From positions 53,940,001-54,004,000 of the forward strand of contig OZ024742.1 in NCBI GenBank assembly GCA_964016885.1: DNA of 64,000 nt, in the 5' to 3' direction. This DNA is from Eledone cirrhosa. Lineage: Eukaryota. The notes beneath the pieces were generated by a model that saw only the letters and a program-made list of their open reading frames with translations, had not been told where the DNA came from and searched no databases. Positions 32,872 through 46,345 of the stretch are shown here, one piece after another. The position numbers and the translations under genes are program-made. Each line of letters starts with the position of its first letter. Within the stretch, counting starts at the first letter, position 1.

Positions 32872-35800
32872 ATACCTGTTCCGCTGTTACCAAGAGCAGG
32901 ACAGGCAACAAACGAAGAAGCCCCTTCCACGGTGAGTAGGAGGGCAACGTCCGTAGCACCCGTACCAAGGCCACGGATAACTAAAGCAGCATCATCAGTA
33001 GCGGCAACACCAATAGCTACATTTGAAATAGCTACACCAGCAACAACATTGCCGAAGAGGGCTCCACTACCACCACCAACAGCCGTGGAGCACATACCTC
33101 TCCCTGACGCCTCAGAATCCGACATGGAGTTTGAGGCGGGAGTGACGTGGCAAACAGTCTGCCACAAAAAACAAAAAAACAAAAAAACCTTAGATTCACC
33201 CTCCAAAAGCGAAGGCACACAAAGATGGGTAAAGGCAGCAAGGAAACTTGCAGCAACACCACCACAAACACCAACAACGTAAACACAAGACACACACACC
33301 AAACAGCAACAAGAAGAAAACGGCAACAATATCACCCCTCCCCCCAAAAAGTACACAGCCATAAACATAGCAAAAAAAGAACTCATAAAATATATAAAGC
33401 ATCACACAGACATCACGGAAAAAAATTACTACACCCCACCAACACCAAGAACTCTCCCGACAAACATAAGCATCATCGAAATCTCAGTAGAACAATACAA
33501 ACTTTTAAAACAAAAATTCCCCAACGCAGTTGGAGACTTCAGAGGGACGGTTACCAAGAGGATATACACTGACATCCTCTTGGAAACACCCATGACCAGC
33601 GAAAGGGACGGTTCTACTGTCCCTTCACCACACGAACAAGGTAAGTGACCCTTTATCATTTGCCCCGTTTCTCATCCAACATGGCTGTACTCAGAATAGG
33701 CAGTATAAATGCATGTGGCCTGGGGTCATCTTGGAAGCAGGGTCACCTGCTCAATGACCTCAGGTCACTAAACATAGATGTGGTGGCCATCAGTGAAACC
33801 AGAATCTCCGAGGCACGGGCCTTCGCACCGATCTTCGGCGGCTATGATGTATACGCATCACCCAGCCGTCCAGGATCGTGGGGAGGGCTTGCCGTCCTTT
33901 TTCGGAGAGGCTTGGATCTCGCGTTACGGGCCATCTTCCTGGACCCAGAAGGTAATTCGGTGGTGCTGGACGTGACCGACAGCGAAGGCAATGCTTTCAG
34001 GCCAGTAGCCGTCTACGCCCCAACAGGGGCAGGACGGCCTGATTTCTTCAGACGTCTAGAGACGTTTCTTGGAACGTCCCACTCTTTAGTGTTAGTGGGC
34101 GACTGGAACGGTATCTTGGATGCACGCTGGGATCGTGTGGGGCTAGTGGATAAGGGAGGAGGGTGCAAGAGCCTCACCAACCTGCTCAGACGTTTTGAAC
34201 TGTCTGACAGGTATCGACTGGATCACCCGAATGTGCCAATGTGGACATGGACAAACCGCATCGGGTCATCCAGATCGTATCTAGATAGGGTATTCTGCAG
34301 GGAACTAGATAAGCTAGTATAAGTTGTCCACAATTTAAAATAGTCGACTACACATACCACAAATTTGTGATCTGTGAGATCGACATAGACAGACTTCATA
34401 GACAAGGGCCTGGTTACTGGAAGCTGAACGCGTCTTTCCCGGCGCGCAAGGCCTACAGAGATCGGATTAGCGTATTAGTTAAGCGGGCGTTGACGGGAGC
34501 GGTCGTCGACAACAAGTGGTGGTTCGCTCTGAAAAGGGCAATTAAAGTAGAGTCGATTAGGTTTAGCAAAGAAGTAGTGATAGAGGAAAATAGAGTAGAG
34601 GGAGAGCTAGTCAGAAAGCTAGAAGAGGTGTTTAGGACAGGCATCGCAACCAACGTGCTTGCGGCGAGGTTGGCACTCGACCAATTCTTCAACGCAAAAC
34701 ACGAAGGCTGCGTTGTCAGAGCTAGAGCGCGTGCTCTGAAACACGAATGGACAAAAGCCGTCCAATGGGCCCGGGTGGCAGAGGCGCGACGTGGCAATAA
34801 AGCCACAATTCGGTCTTTGTCTGACCAAAACGGGTGCGTGATGCTCGAACCCGAGCGGATGTGTGAAGCTTTTCAGCAGCACTTTGCTGAACTGTTCGGG
34901 AGCGGCGGTGGCCCGGATCGGGACATGGACTTCAGTGCATAGCTCGACGGACTGCTCGGCTCTCGACGACCGCAGCACAGTGTTGCGAAAAGCCAATAAC
35001 AGCCGGTGAAATACGGGAAGCGATGGCTAACTGCACAAGAGGTAAATCGCCAGGTTTAGATGGTCTGCCCTACGAGCTTTATGCATTTATGCCAGACTTG
35101 TTCGGTGACCTCTTGGCAGACGTCTACTGCAACTGGCAGCAGAACGGGAGCATTCCCAGTTTTGAGAGCCGGGGAGCAGTGGCGCTGCTGAGAAAAGAAC
35201 CGAACAAGGGGGATGTTAGTGATAATTTCAGGCCCATAACTCTGCTAAACGCAGAGTTCAAGATTTTGGCCAAGGTGTTAGCAACGAGGTTGGCGCTTGT
35301 CGTCAAGGGTCTGGTGGGAGAGGCGCACACATGCGCCATTCCGGACAGATCCATACACGACAACCTCCACCTCATGCGATACATCATAGAGAGGGTGGTT
35401 AAGGAACCTGGCAAGGGTGGGGCCCTGATCAACTTGGATCAATCCAAAGCATTCGATAGGGTCGACCATCGGTACCTGGTGGCGGTCCTCGAGGCAGCCG
35501 GTTTCGGGCCCGTTTTCAGGCGTTGGATCGCAGCAATGTACAGCGACATCTGCTCAGTTGTGAGGGTGAAAGGTCACCTGTCGCAGCCGTTCAGCATCAT
35601 GCGTTCAGTCCGCCAGGGTTGTCCCCTCTCGTCCCTCTTGTACGTATTGGCTCTCGAGCCGTTACTGCACAAACTGGCGGCGGTGAGGGGCGTCCCACGC
35701 GAACTAGGATGCGGGAAATCCGAGTCGACTTACGCTGACGACGTCACCGTAGTGGTGTCGAGCACCAGACACGTCCAGATGCTCGGCACCGCTCTCAAGG

Positions 35801-37384
35801 AATACGAAACGATGACAGGAGCAAAGATAAACCAGGAAAAGTCGGTGGGCTTGCATTAGGCACCTGGAGAGGCAAGTCCATGCCGTCCGACAGCGTCGTG
35901 GGGCGTTGGACGGACGGACCGGTTAAATTGCTCGGGGTCTGGTTCGGACCGGACCTCTAGATGGAGAAAAACTGGAATGAGGTGACGAGCAGGGTGGCCT
36001 CCCTCACCCAGAAATGGGCTGAGGGGAAGCTGTCCCTGAAAGGCCGGGCGGAAGTGGCGAATGCGTACATCGCATCCGTCATCTGCTACCGCCTCACCGT
36101 CATCCCTTGCTCCAGCCCAACTCTCACCAAAATGGAACGCCTCCTCTTCCGCTTTTTGTGGAAGGGACGCGCTCCCATGGTCAGACGATCCATCGGCTGT
36201 CAACACCCGTTGCGTGGAGGACTGGGCATGCCATGGCTGATGATGCGCAAACATGCGCTTAGGCTTCGACATCTCTGGTGCTTCCTTGATGATGAACGGG
36301 TGTGGTCGCCGTTCGCCAGGCACATTTTCCCACAGCTCGTCTCCTTGACGGAGCTGCAGTCCTGGGTCAGAAAAAGACCGAGGGATAGCGCTTGGAAACT
36401 GGAATGTCTCCAGGCGCTCACTGCCCTCTCCAAGTTGGGCACCAGTATCGGTGGAACATCCACCTCGGCGTTCTATAGAGGACTAGTGGAGTGGAAGAGC
36501 GACGACGTTCTCAGATAGATCCTGGGCGTCGAAGAAGATCAGCTGCTTGCTCTCTTCCGGAGAACTTTCAGCCCGGGGCCTATGGATAACTTCCAAAAAT
36601 CCCTGGCCTGGCAGTGCTACCGGGGAGCGCTGCCGGTTCGAGAAAAGCTCTACAGGCACGGAAGTCCCGTCAGCCTAGCCTGTCCGAGATGCGCGCATAG
36701 CGACGAAACCGTTGTGCACGCACTCGTTCAGTGCCCGAGCATTGCTGACTTGTGGAGCTATGTCGAACAGTTGCTGTCACGTGTGGGACTGATCCGGTTG
36801 TCGACTGAGTCCATTGTGCAGATGGTCTCGCCGTCTTCCTTTCAGGTGGAAGGTTAGGCGGTTTTCATCTGCCTAGTGGCCATGGCGAAAGAGATTGTGT
36901 GGTGGACAAGGTTAAAAGGATTAAAGACAAACACTTTCCTCTTCGGCGAATCCCTGATTAACTTTTTCAAGTTTCACTTGAAGAGGAAAATCAGGGTGGA
37001 TAGGCAAGTGCTGCTTTCTAGCAAGTTTGTTGAAAGGTGGGTGAATGTAGCGAGAATGGTCCGAGTGAACGGGACCACTCTGAATATACGTCTGTAGTTT
37101 GAGAGATGGAAAAATTGAGAGAGGGCGCTTGCCCTGGTAGTCAGGGTGGCCGTGGTCTTTTGTGTGGTTTTCGCCACGAGTAACCCTCGGAGGTTTCCCC
37201 ACTATTGGTGAATTTTTCATTGTTTCAATTTTCATTTTATTGTTTATATATATATATGCTTTATGTCTTTTTTCTTTTCTTATATAAATAATAAAAATAT
37301 TTACACGCACAAAACCCACATCGTACCGCCCTGTTCCGTCTGTGATGTTTTTCTTGATGTCAGCCCTTGTGGCCAATAAAGAAA

Positions 37385-37386
<2 letters not shown>
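32870..37386 (+). mobile_element. Tx1-clade copy 4 (diverged subfamily), 5'-truncated in ORF1
   Basis: ORF1 tail to ~33648. ORF2 at 33681-37097 with stops and frameshifts. Diverged 3' UTR ending AATAAAGAAATC followed by (ATT)n. Confidence 0.92.
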
Positions 37387-37419
<33 letters not shown>

Positions 37420-37426
37420 GTTATTA

Positions 37427-39299
37427 CTCCTTGAGTCTCAGTCATTGATGTTAGTTAACTGGAAAGTTTGTTGGAATGAATATCAAGCCACTACCTGCAG
37501 CCTCTGATATTCAGGACGTATCGGAGAGTTCTTGCTGTTCCCAGCAAGCAAGCCTTTTGAAGTGTTCCAAAAAGCGGGGCGGGGCCAATTTTCTTTAACA
37601 ATCCCTGGAAACTTTTTGAGATAGTACCTAGTGCGCCTATGACAATCGGGACCACTTTGACTTCATGGCAGTTCCAAATCCTTTTTACCCCCCACTTTAA
37701 GTCCTGGTATCGGTTAATTTTCTCCCTCTCCTTCTCTTGCACTCTCGTGTCGAATGGCCAGGCCACATCCACAATTAGGCACGATCTTTTTTCCTTGTCC
37801 AAAACCACCAGGTCAGGTCTATTGTGTTCAAGTTTCTTGTCCGTCTGTATCCTAAAATCCCGTAGCACTTTCACCTGATCGTTTTCTATCACCGACTCTG
37901 GCTTATGCTCATACCACTTCTCAGAATGTGGTAAATTGTTTACTTTGCATAGGTGCCAGTGGATCACCCTGCTCATCATATCATGTCTCCAGCCTTTATA
38001 GTGAGTCTGGGCTAGGTGTTTACACTCGGAAACAATGTGAGCTACAGTCTCCTCTCTCTCTCCACAGATCCTGCAGAGTGGGCTAGCCTCCTTGTAAATA
38101 TGGTTTTCAGCCACTTCGTTGAGGGCCTGTTCTTGCGCAGCCATTATCATTCCTTCTGTAACCTTTTAAAGGTCTCTTTTCAACCAGTTCCATGTCTGTG
38201 GATCTCTAAATTCAGTTTTCTCAAAGAAGGTACTATGAAGGGATTTTTCATGAAGGTTGCTCTTTCTCCTTGTTGTTATTTCCTCCTTGTTGTTATTTCC
38301 TCCTTGGACAACCCCCGGTCTATAGTCCTCTCCTTCAGTACAATTCTGAGCATTGGCTCCCTACTACCAGTCACGTATTTGTGTAGGTTGTTCTTCTCCA
38401 TCTGAACACAGTCCTCTATGCTGATAAGACCTCTTCCACTTTCAGATCTCAAGTAGAGTCTCTCGACACCACTCCTCTTGTGGAACATGTTGTAGATAGT
38501 CTTCCTATCCATTTCTTTTTGTTCAGCAACATTCCATCTCAGAATTCCCGCACTGTACCTAATAATAGACACAGCTCGGGAATTTACTGCACTTGTGGCA
38601 TTCCTACTCTTCAGATGTGACTTTAATACGGTCCTTACTCTCCGAATGTATTCAGATCTTATCAATTCCTTCATTATTTTTGTTCTTGATGTCATCAGCC
38701 TCCAGAACACCTAAATATTTGTATCCTTCTTCAGTGTCAATTTCCTTTATCATCTCACCTGTTGGTACCTGGATTCCGTTGCTTCTGGTCAATTTACCCC
38801 TCTTCATCACAAGGACTCCACACTTACTAATACCAAATTGCATACATATATCATTGCTGAAAATACGGACAGTGTCAACAAGCACATCCAACTCCTTCTC
38901 ACTCTTCCCGAAGAGCTTAAGATCGTCCATGAAGAGGAGGTGATTGATGGTAAGCTCTCCCTTTCCCAACTTGTATCCTGCTCTCACTTTTCGCAGTATA
39001 ATGGTCAGGGGGATCAGGGCAAGGACAAACAACAGAGGGGACAAACTATCTCCCTGAAAGATACCTCTCTTGATCTTCACGCCTCCCAAGAATTCTCCGC
39101 CCGATGTTAACTCTGTTTTACAGGACTTCATACTTTTGCTCTACAACTGTCTGACGTTATCTGCCACTTTGAAGATCTCTAGGCTTTTGGTTATCCAAGA
39201 ATGAGGTACCATGTCGAATGCCTTTTTGTAGTTTATCCATCCCATGGCAAGACCAGTGTGTCTCCTCCTGCAATTCCTCATTACCATCTTATCAATAAG

Positions 39300-39300
<1 letters not shown>
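37427..39300 (-). mobile_element. R4/Dong-like family A, 5'-truncated, tail-to-tail with Tx1 copy 4
   Basis: Homologous to 13990-15867. (TTA)n tracts at 37387-37426 and 39306-39350. Confidence 0.92.
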
Positions 39301-39350
<50 letters not shown>

Positions 39351-39351
<1 letters not shown>

Positions 39352-39458
39352 GAGTACGGGCCTTTACGATCTGAGTTCAAATCCTGCCGAGGTTGCCTTT
39401 CATCCTTACGGGATCGATAAAATAAAGCACCAGTAATGGGCTGGGATAATTGCTGGCA
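39351..39458 (+). mobile_element. SINE fragment (same family as 20351)
   Basis: ctgagttcaaatcctgccgagg...catccttacgggatcgataaaataaagcaccag. Confidence 0.75.
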
Positions 39459-39460
39459 TA

Positions 39461-42400
39461 CATTGCTCCACATTCGAGTTATTTCTATCTCTAGATCTTT
39501 ATATTTGGCTAGTTTCTCTATTACCTTGGAAGAAATATTGTCGTCTGTGGAGATTGATAGATCTACTAGAAGGTATTTTTTTCTGTGGTCTTTCACTATG
39601 ATATCAGGTCGGTTGGCTTTGATCTCTCTGTCTGTATGTATTAGCATATCCTAGAGAATGGTTGTATCATCTTTTTTATGTTGGTAGTTCATAATGTTGG
39701 CATAATTTCCAGTGTATGAAGGTCCCAATTGTATCATGCCTGTGGATATATTCTTTTTTGCCTTGAGCTGGGCATCCAGAGACTATGTGGTTGATTGTTT
39801 CTTCCCTATCTCCACATATTCTACAGTTACTTATAGTGCTTTGTTTCATTATGTACTTCCGGTAGTTTCTGATAGGTAGACTCTGGTCCTGCGCTGCAAT
39901 TAGAAATCCTTCTATCTCAGCTTTTAGTCCAGTGCTTCGGAACCAGTTTTGTGTGTTTTCTTTGTTTACTTCCTTTCTATTTAGCTTTTTGGGTTATTGG
40001 CCCTGTAAGGATTTCTCTTGCCATCGTTTTGACATGGCATTCTTGAGGTCAGTTTTCTATTTAAATTTTATGACTTTCACAATTTCTATTGTTGTGTTTT
40101 CTTTGCTTTCATTTTCCACACAATTATCTGTTAGTCCAGTTTCTGATTTGAACTTTTTGCCTTCCTTGAAGACCAAGAACAGCCTTTTTGTTTTGTTCAT
40201 GTTTCGTGGCTATTTGTATTAGCTTTCCTTTGTTTTTTTAATTAGGTATTTTTGTAGTCCTGCAGTAGCTATTTTATAAGAGTTTTTTTAGTTGCATAAG
40301 GCCCCTTCCTCATTGTGTACTTGGTAGGTATGATCTTCCTACGTCTGATTTTGGAGGGTGTATTCTAAATGCGGTTGTTATTTTTCTTGTTTATCTATCT
40401 ATTCCAGCTAGTTCTTTTAGTGTCCAGTTCAAAATATTAAAGCTCATTAATGGGACTGCTAAAGTTCTGATGCCAATCACCTTATTATTTGCATTTAGTT
40501 CAGTTTTGTGTATTAACCTGGTTCTTCTTTAGTATTATTTTCTAGTCTTTTCTTTCATCTGTGTGTGCTGAATCTTATTTAGTTCGTTGATTCCTAAGTA
40601 TTTGTATGTTTGAGTTTGACCTATTTCTCTTAATTCTGATTCTTTATCTAACATGATATTATTGCTTTTCACTAGTTTCCCTATCTTCAAAGTTGCTTTG
40701 GCTCATTTTTCTAATCCAAATTTCATGCCTATTTCTTTGGTGAATCTGTGTACAGTTTGGAGCACTGTTTAGAGTTGTTTTTTCATTTGTAGCATACAGC
40801 TTTGGATCCTCCATATAGAGGAGATAGTTAATTTTCCCATTGTAGCATTTATACCCTGGCCCAGTTCTGTTTAGTGTTTCAAATAGTGGTGTTAATGCTA
40901 GGCAGAAAAGCAGTGGTGATAGGGAGTCTCCTTGAAATATGCCTCTGTTGATTGGGATGGGCTCTGTTTCTATTGTTTTATCTTTTGTTTGTATCAGCAG
41001 AATTGTTTGCCATTTACTCATGGCATATATAATAAATGTTATTTTTGCTTATACCCTATTCATGGCTAGTGTATGGAGAACACTGTCAAACGCTTTTTGG
41101 TAATCAATCCAAGCCAAGGTGGGTTTTGTTTTGTTTGTTTGTTTTTTGTTGTTTTTGTTTGTTTGTATTTTTTGCTATTTTGCAGTTTTCAGTCATGACT
41201 TTATTTATTAATAACTGATCTTTGCATCCACACGAGCCGCTGCGACGTCTTTTCTATTCTTATGGAAGCAAGTTGTTTTTTTTTCAGGTGTTTAGTTATT
41301 TTCTGTGTTAGTATTCAAGTTAAGGTTTTGTATGGAGTAGACAATCATGTTATGGGTCTGTAATTTTTGGGGTTTGCTGTGTCATTATTTTTTGGGATCA
41401 GGGTCTGTTTCCCCTTAGTAACCCAGTCAGGTATTTCTTTCTGGTTCTATCAGAATTTCGTTACATTCCTTTCCCAGTATTTCATGTGTCCCTGTTAAAT
41501 ATTTTAACTAGACGTTGGGGATCTTGTCATGTCCTGGTGCCTTCCAGTTGCTTGCCCATCTCGGTGTGATAGACACATCATCTGCTGCAATATTCTCCTA
41601 TAGTTGTTCGTTTGCTGTGTTTACTGTTCTTGCTAGCTTTGTACATCTTAATTTCATTTCCCCTTCAGCCCATATTCTTCTCCAGAACTCCTCCACTTCT
41701 TTTACTTTGGGGTCACATTAACTTCTATTTTATTTCTATTAAGTTTTTGGTAGAGTCATTTTGCATTTTTCATATCCCCGGATTGTTTGTGTCTTTGTCT
41801 GTATTTGTTGTTTAAGGCTGTCCTTAGTGTTTGAGATTTCCCTTTCTCTTATGTTATATTTTTTAGTGTGTTTATTTTTTCCTTGCCCTTAGTTTTGTAG
41901 TTCTTTTCCTATTTCATTTAAGATTGAGAAGTCTTTTATTTTATTTTCTGTCTTTTTTGTAACTTTGATTTCCACGTTTGTATGGATTTTGTTTTTCTGG
42001 CTCCTATAGCTCTAAGAGGGAATCTACTTTCTTTTGTAACAACAGTGGCTGCTGTATATACTATATTATTTAAATCTGGAATATTAGAGATTTTAGTCAT
42101 ATATATATTAAGTCTGTGATGGTTAGATTAACGTTTGTTATAAGGGTTGCTACTTTATTACTAATTTTTATCTTTGGGGAATTCACATTTTTAGTCTATA
42201 AGGGAATCGCCTATTGTACTTGAAATATTTCCTTCTTTATCCTATTGTAATCTTGAATTTTATCATTAGGGGTTATTTTTCTCTCTATCTTGTTCTTCAT
42301 ATTTCTTTTCATTTGTATTCTTTGTTGTGTTGTCTGGAATCGGTTTTTGTTGCTTAGCATTCTGTGTATTTTTTATGGTTGGGGTTTGCTTTGTTTTGTT

Positions 42401-42540
42401 GTTTACTTTATCTATTTGACTATGTCGATTTTTACTTCACGTTTTAAATTTTCTGTATGTTTATGTTCGTTAATTATTATGTTATTATTATTTGTCTTTT
42501 CGTTGTTAATTTGTTCTTTTAGTTGTTCGATTTCAGTGTC
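39461..42540 (-). mobile_element. R4/Dong-like family C, old and decayed, missing its extreme 3' end
   Basis: [17 protein letters not shown] and NRPDIIVKD..LLVDLSI..EKLAKYKDLEIEITRMW. Many stop codons. Confidence 0.82.
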
Positions 42541-42590
42541 TGATATATATATATTACAGAATAATCAAAACTATGTTCAAAACATGTTAT

Positions 42591-42637
42591 TGCTGACAAT
42601 CGTTTCTTCCAAACATTCGTTTGAAATCATCGGAGCA
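42591..42637 (-). ncRNA. Hammerhead ribozyme with variant core CCGAUGA, in a ~105 bp pLTR fragment at 42553-42660 homologous to 19807-19910
   Basis: tgct-CCGATGA-tttcaaac gaat gtttggaa-GAAA-cgattg-TC-agca. Confidence 0.65.
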
Positions 42638-42660
42638 TTGGCAAAGTTTAAACATATAAT

Positions 42661-45083
42661 GATCCCTGAGGCGGAACAGACTAGGTCATTCTGGAGAGGA
42701 ATATGGGACCAGGATGTTGAACATAATACACAGGCAGTGTGGATTGAGACAGTTCAAAAAGAGATTAGTGAACAAGCACACCAACAACCTGATTTAAGTA
42801 TCACTGTTGAAACTCTTAAAGGGCAGGCCAAAAGACTAGCCAACTGGAAATCACCAGGCCCAGATGATGTGCAAGGGATTAAATCACCAGGCCCAGATGG
42901 TGTGGTGGATTAAAAATATAACACCCCTCCACCCGAAACTGACAACCATGTTCAATGACTGCTTGATGTCGGGTGAAGTATCAGAGTGGTTGACAAAAGG
43001 TACCACAGTTCTGGTAATGAAAGACCGAATCAAGGGTAATAATGTTACCAACTATAGGCCTATCACATGTCTGTCCGTAATGTAAAACTGTTAACAAGCA
43101 TTGTGTCTGAGGAAATCTACCATCACCTCAACATAAACAACTTATTACCGGACGAACAGAAAATATGTCGAAAGAAATCCGGTGGTACAAAAGACCAGTT
43201 ACTTATTGATAAGATGGTAATAAGGAATTTCAAGAGGAGGCATACTCGTCTTGCCATGGGATGGATAGATTACAAAAAGGCATTCGACTTGGTACATCAT
43301 TCTTGGATAACCAAAAGCCTAGAGATCTTCAAGGGGCAGACAACATCAGACAGCTATTAAGTAAAAGTATGAAGTCCTGGGAAACAGAGTTAACATCAGG
43401 TGGAGAATCCTTGGAAGGCATGAAGACCAAGAGCGGTATCTTGCAGGGAGATAGTTTGTCCCCTTTGTTGTTTGTCCTTGTCCTGATAACCCTGTCCGTC
43501 ATATTGTGAAAAGTGAGAGCAGGATACAAGCTGGGAAGAGGAGAGCTTACCATCAACCACCTCCTCTTCATGGACGATATTAAACTCTTTGGGGAGAGTG
43601 AGAAAGAGTTGGATCCACCTGTTGACACTGTCCGTATTTTCAGCAATGATATATGTATGCAATTTGTTGTTAATAAGTGTGGAGTCCTAATGATGAAGAA
43701 GGGTAAATTGAGCAGAAGCAATGGAATCCAGGTACCAACAGGTGAGATGATAAAGGAAATTGACACCGAAGAGGGATACAAATATTTGGGTGTTCTGGAG
43801 GAAGATGACACCAAGAACAAAAAAATGAAGGAATTGATAAGATCTGAATACATAAGGAGAGTAAGGAACATACTAAAATCATATCTAAATAGTAGGAATG
43901 TCGTAAGTGCAGTAAATTCCCGAGCTGTGTCTAGTATTAGGTACAGTGCAGGAATTCTGAAATGGAATGTTACTGAACAAAAAAAGAAATGGATAGAAAG
44001 ACTAGGAAGCTAATTACTATCTACAACATGTTCCACAAGAGGAGTGATGTTGATAGACTCTACTTAAAGAGATCTGAAAGTGGAAGAGATCTTATCAGCA
44101 TAGAGGACTGTGTTCAGATGGAGAAGAACAGTCTGCACATGACAGTAAGAAGCCAATGCTCAAAATTGTACTGAAGCAGAACACAATAGACCAGGAGATG
44201 TCCAAGCAGGAAATAACAACAAGGAGGAAGAGCAACCTTCATGAAAAATCCCTTCATAGCACATTCTTTAAGAAAACGGAATTCAGAGATCCACAGACAT
44301 GGAAATGGTTAAACAGAGGAGACCTTAAACAATCTAGAGAAGGAATGCTAATGGGTGCGCAAGAGCAAGCCATCAGAACGAAGTGGGTGAAACTCAACTC
44401 TATATTGACAAGGAGGAGACTAGCTCACTGTGTAGGATCTGTGGAGAGAGAGAGAGAGGAGACTGTGGCTCACATTGTATCTGAGTGTAAACATCTAGCC
44501 CAGACTCACTATAAAGGCTGGAGACATGATGTGTTAGGCAGGGTGATCCACTGGCATCTATGCAAAGTAAACAATTTACCACATTCTGAGAAGTGGTATG
44601 AGCATAAGCCAGAGTCGGTGATAGAAAACGATCAGGTGAAGGTGCTGTGGGATTTTAGGATACAGACGGACAAGAAATTAGAACACAACAGGCCTGATCT
44701 AGTGGTTTTTGACAAGGGAAAAAGATCGTGCCTGATTGTAGATGTAACCTGCCCATTTGACACGAGAGTGCAAGAAAAGGAGAGGGAGAAAATTAACCGA
44801 TACTAGCATTTAAAGTGGTAGTCAAAAAGGATATGGAACTGCTATGAGATCAAGGTGGTCCCGATTGTCATAGGAGCACTAGGTAGTATCTTAAGGAGTT
44901 TCCAAGGATGGTTAAAGAAGATTAGTCCACCCCGTATTTTGGAACACTTCAAAATGCATGCCTGCTGGGAACAGCAAGAACCCTCCGATACGTCCTGAAT
45001 ATCTGAGGCTGCAGGAAGTTGCTTGATATTCATTTCAACAAACTTTCCAGTTAAATGACATCAATGACTGCGACTGAAAGAAC
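42661..45083 (+). mobile_element. R4/Dong-like family A, 5'-truncated, frameshifted
   Basis: IPEAEQTRSFWRGIW, NWKSPGPD, and RT and RLE motifs as in 13788-15793. (TAA)n tail at 45084-45115. Confidence 0.92.
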
Positions 45084-45115
<32 letters not shown>

Positions 45116-46016
45116 GATATTAATGAGAAATGACTTCACAAATAACAGCTACATAGAAAGTAACTAACTTATAGAGAACAAAAGGAAATTATGTGTCAGG
45201 TATATAATAGAATATAAATAGCAGTATATTTGAGTTTTGATTTTATGATTTCTTAACATGTCTGCAACTGATATTTCTTTAACCGTACTAAATGTTTCTG
45301 AGAAATTGATCACCAAAAGCACTTTAAAAATAATTTGAATAATAAAACATGGGAAATTAGTTAAATGAAACATCAAACAACTCAAGTAACTCAACTCGAA
45401 CTATAGAAGATGCTATTAAATTTCAAAGAAAACAAATTGATTAGACATGTTTAAAACCAGAATTATATAGCAAACGCTAATTTGGTACTATGTTCACAAG
45501 AAACAAAGAAATTATACACGTATATAAGCTAAACTATATAACTAACACAGTCGAAATAATTTCATATGCCAGTCTGTTAACAAGTAGAATCTATTTTTAC
45601 AAACCTAGTCAAGGATATAACACTAAACGTGATGTAGAAAGAGACATACAGATTGATGGGTGTCTAATAAATTTACAAATGCCAACATGAATCAATATTC
45701 AACGTTGCGAAACATTTTTGAGAATTAAAAGAACACACACAAAACAAAGAAGCAATTTAAATGTCTATACAGTATTTTAAAAGTACCTGATGAAAATGAG
45801 TGTTTAGACTGTTACTAAATGTTTAATGAAATATTTACTCTCCAGAAAACACGACCTTATATTTATGGATGTAAATGTGAGACAGGATACTAAGGTTTAT
45901 GAAACGTATAAATCTAATTTAAGAATAACAGGCGTAATATTTATATAGATATCGTGTGTGAAAATCAAATTATACCAAGTGGCACATTGTAGATATAGCA
46001 GATAAATGTAATTATA

Positions 46017-46345
46017 CCTGTGGACAGGCGGCTCAGCAACCATATCTGTATCAGTGAGCTGCTCAACATTACTAGACTTAGACCAATTACATCAATTGTC
46101 AAGTGAAGAGTACTTAAACTATACGGTCATATAAAAGAATCAACTCGTTGTGTGAGTAGGTTATGCCTGGAAGGAAGGCTGGCTGGTAAGATAAGTAGAG
46201 GCCGGCAGCCAAAACGATGGCTTGATAATGTCAACCTATGGACTGCACTTGATTTTTGCTCTTTAAACTCTGCTGGTGGTGATCGAACTTTGTGGGGGAA
46301 AATATCTCATGATGGTGCGCAGTCTGCAACTGGCGGAGTTTAGCG
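46017..46345 (+). mobile_element. RTE-like LINE 3' fragment
   Basis: LKLYGHI...LEGRLAGKISRGRQPKRWLDNV..W...DRTLW. Homologous copy on the minus strand at ~51790-52040. Confidence 0.7.

Noticed and set aside
45783-45840. CTGATGA...GAAA motif
   Set aside because: No stem I, weak stem II; likely chance in AT-rich DNA.
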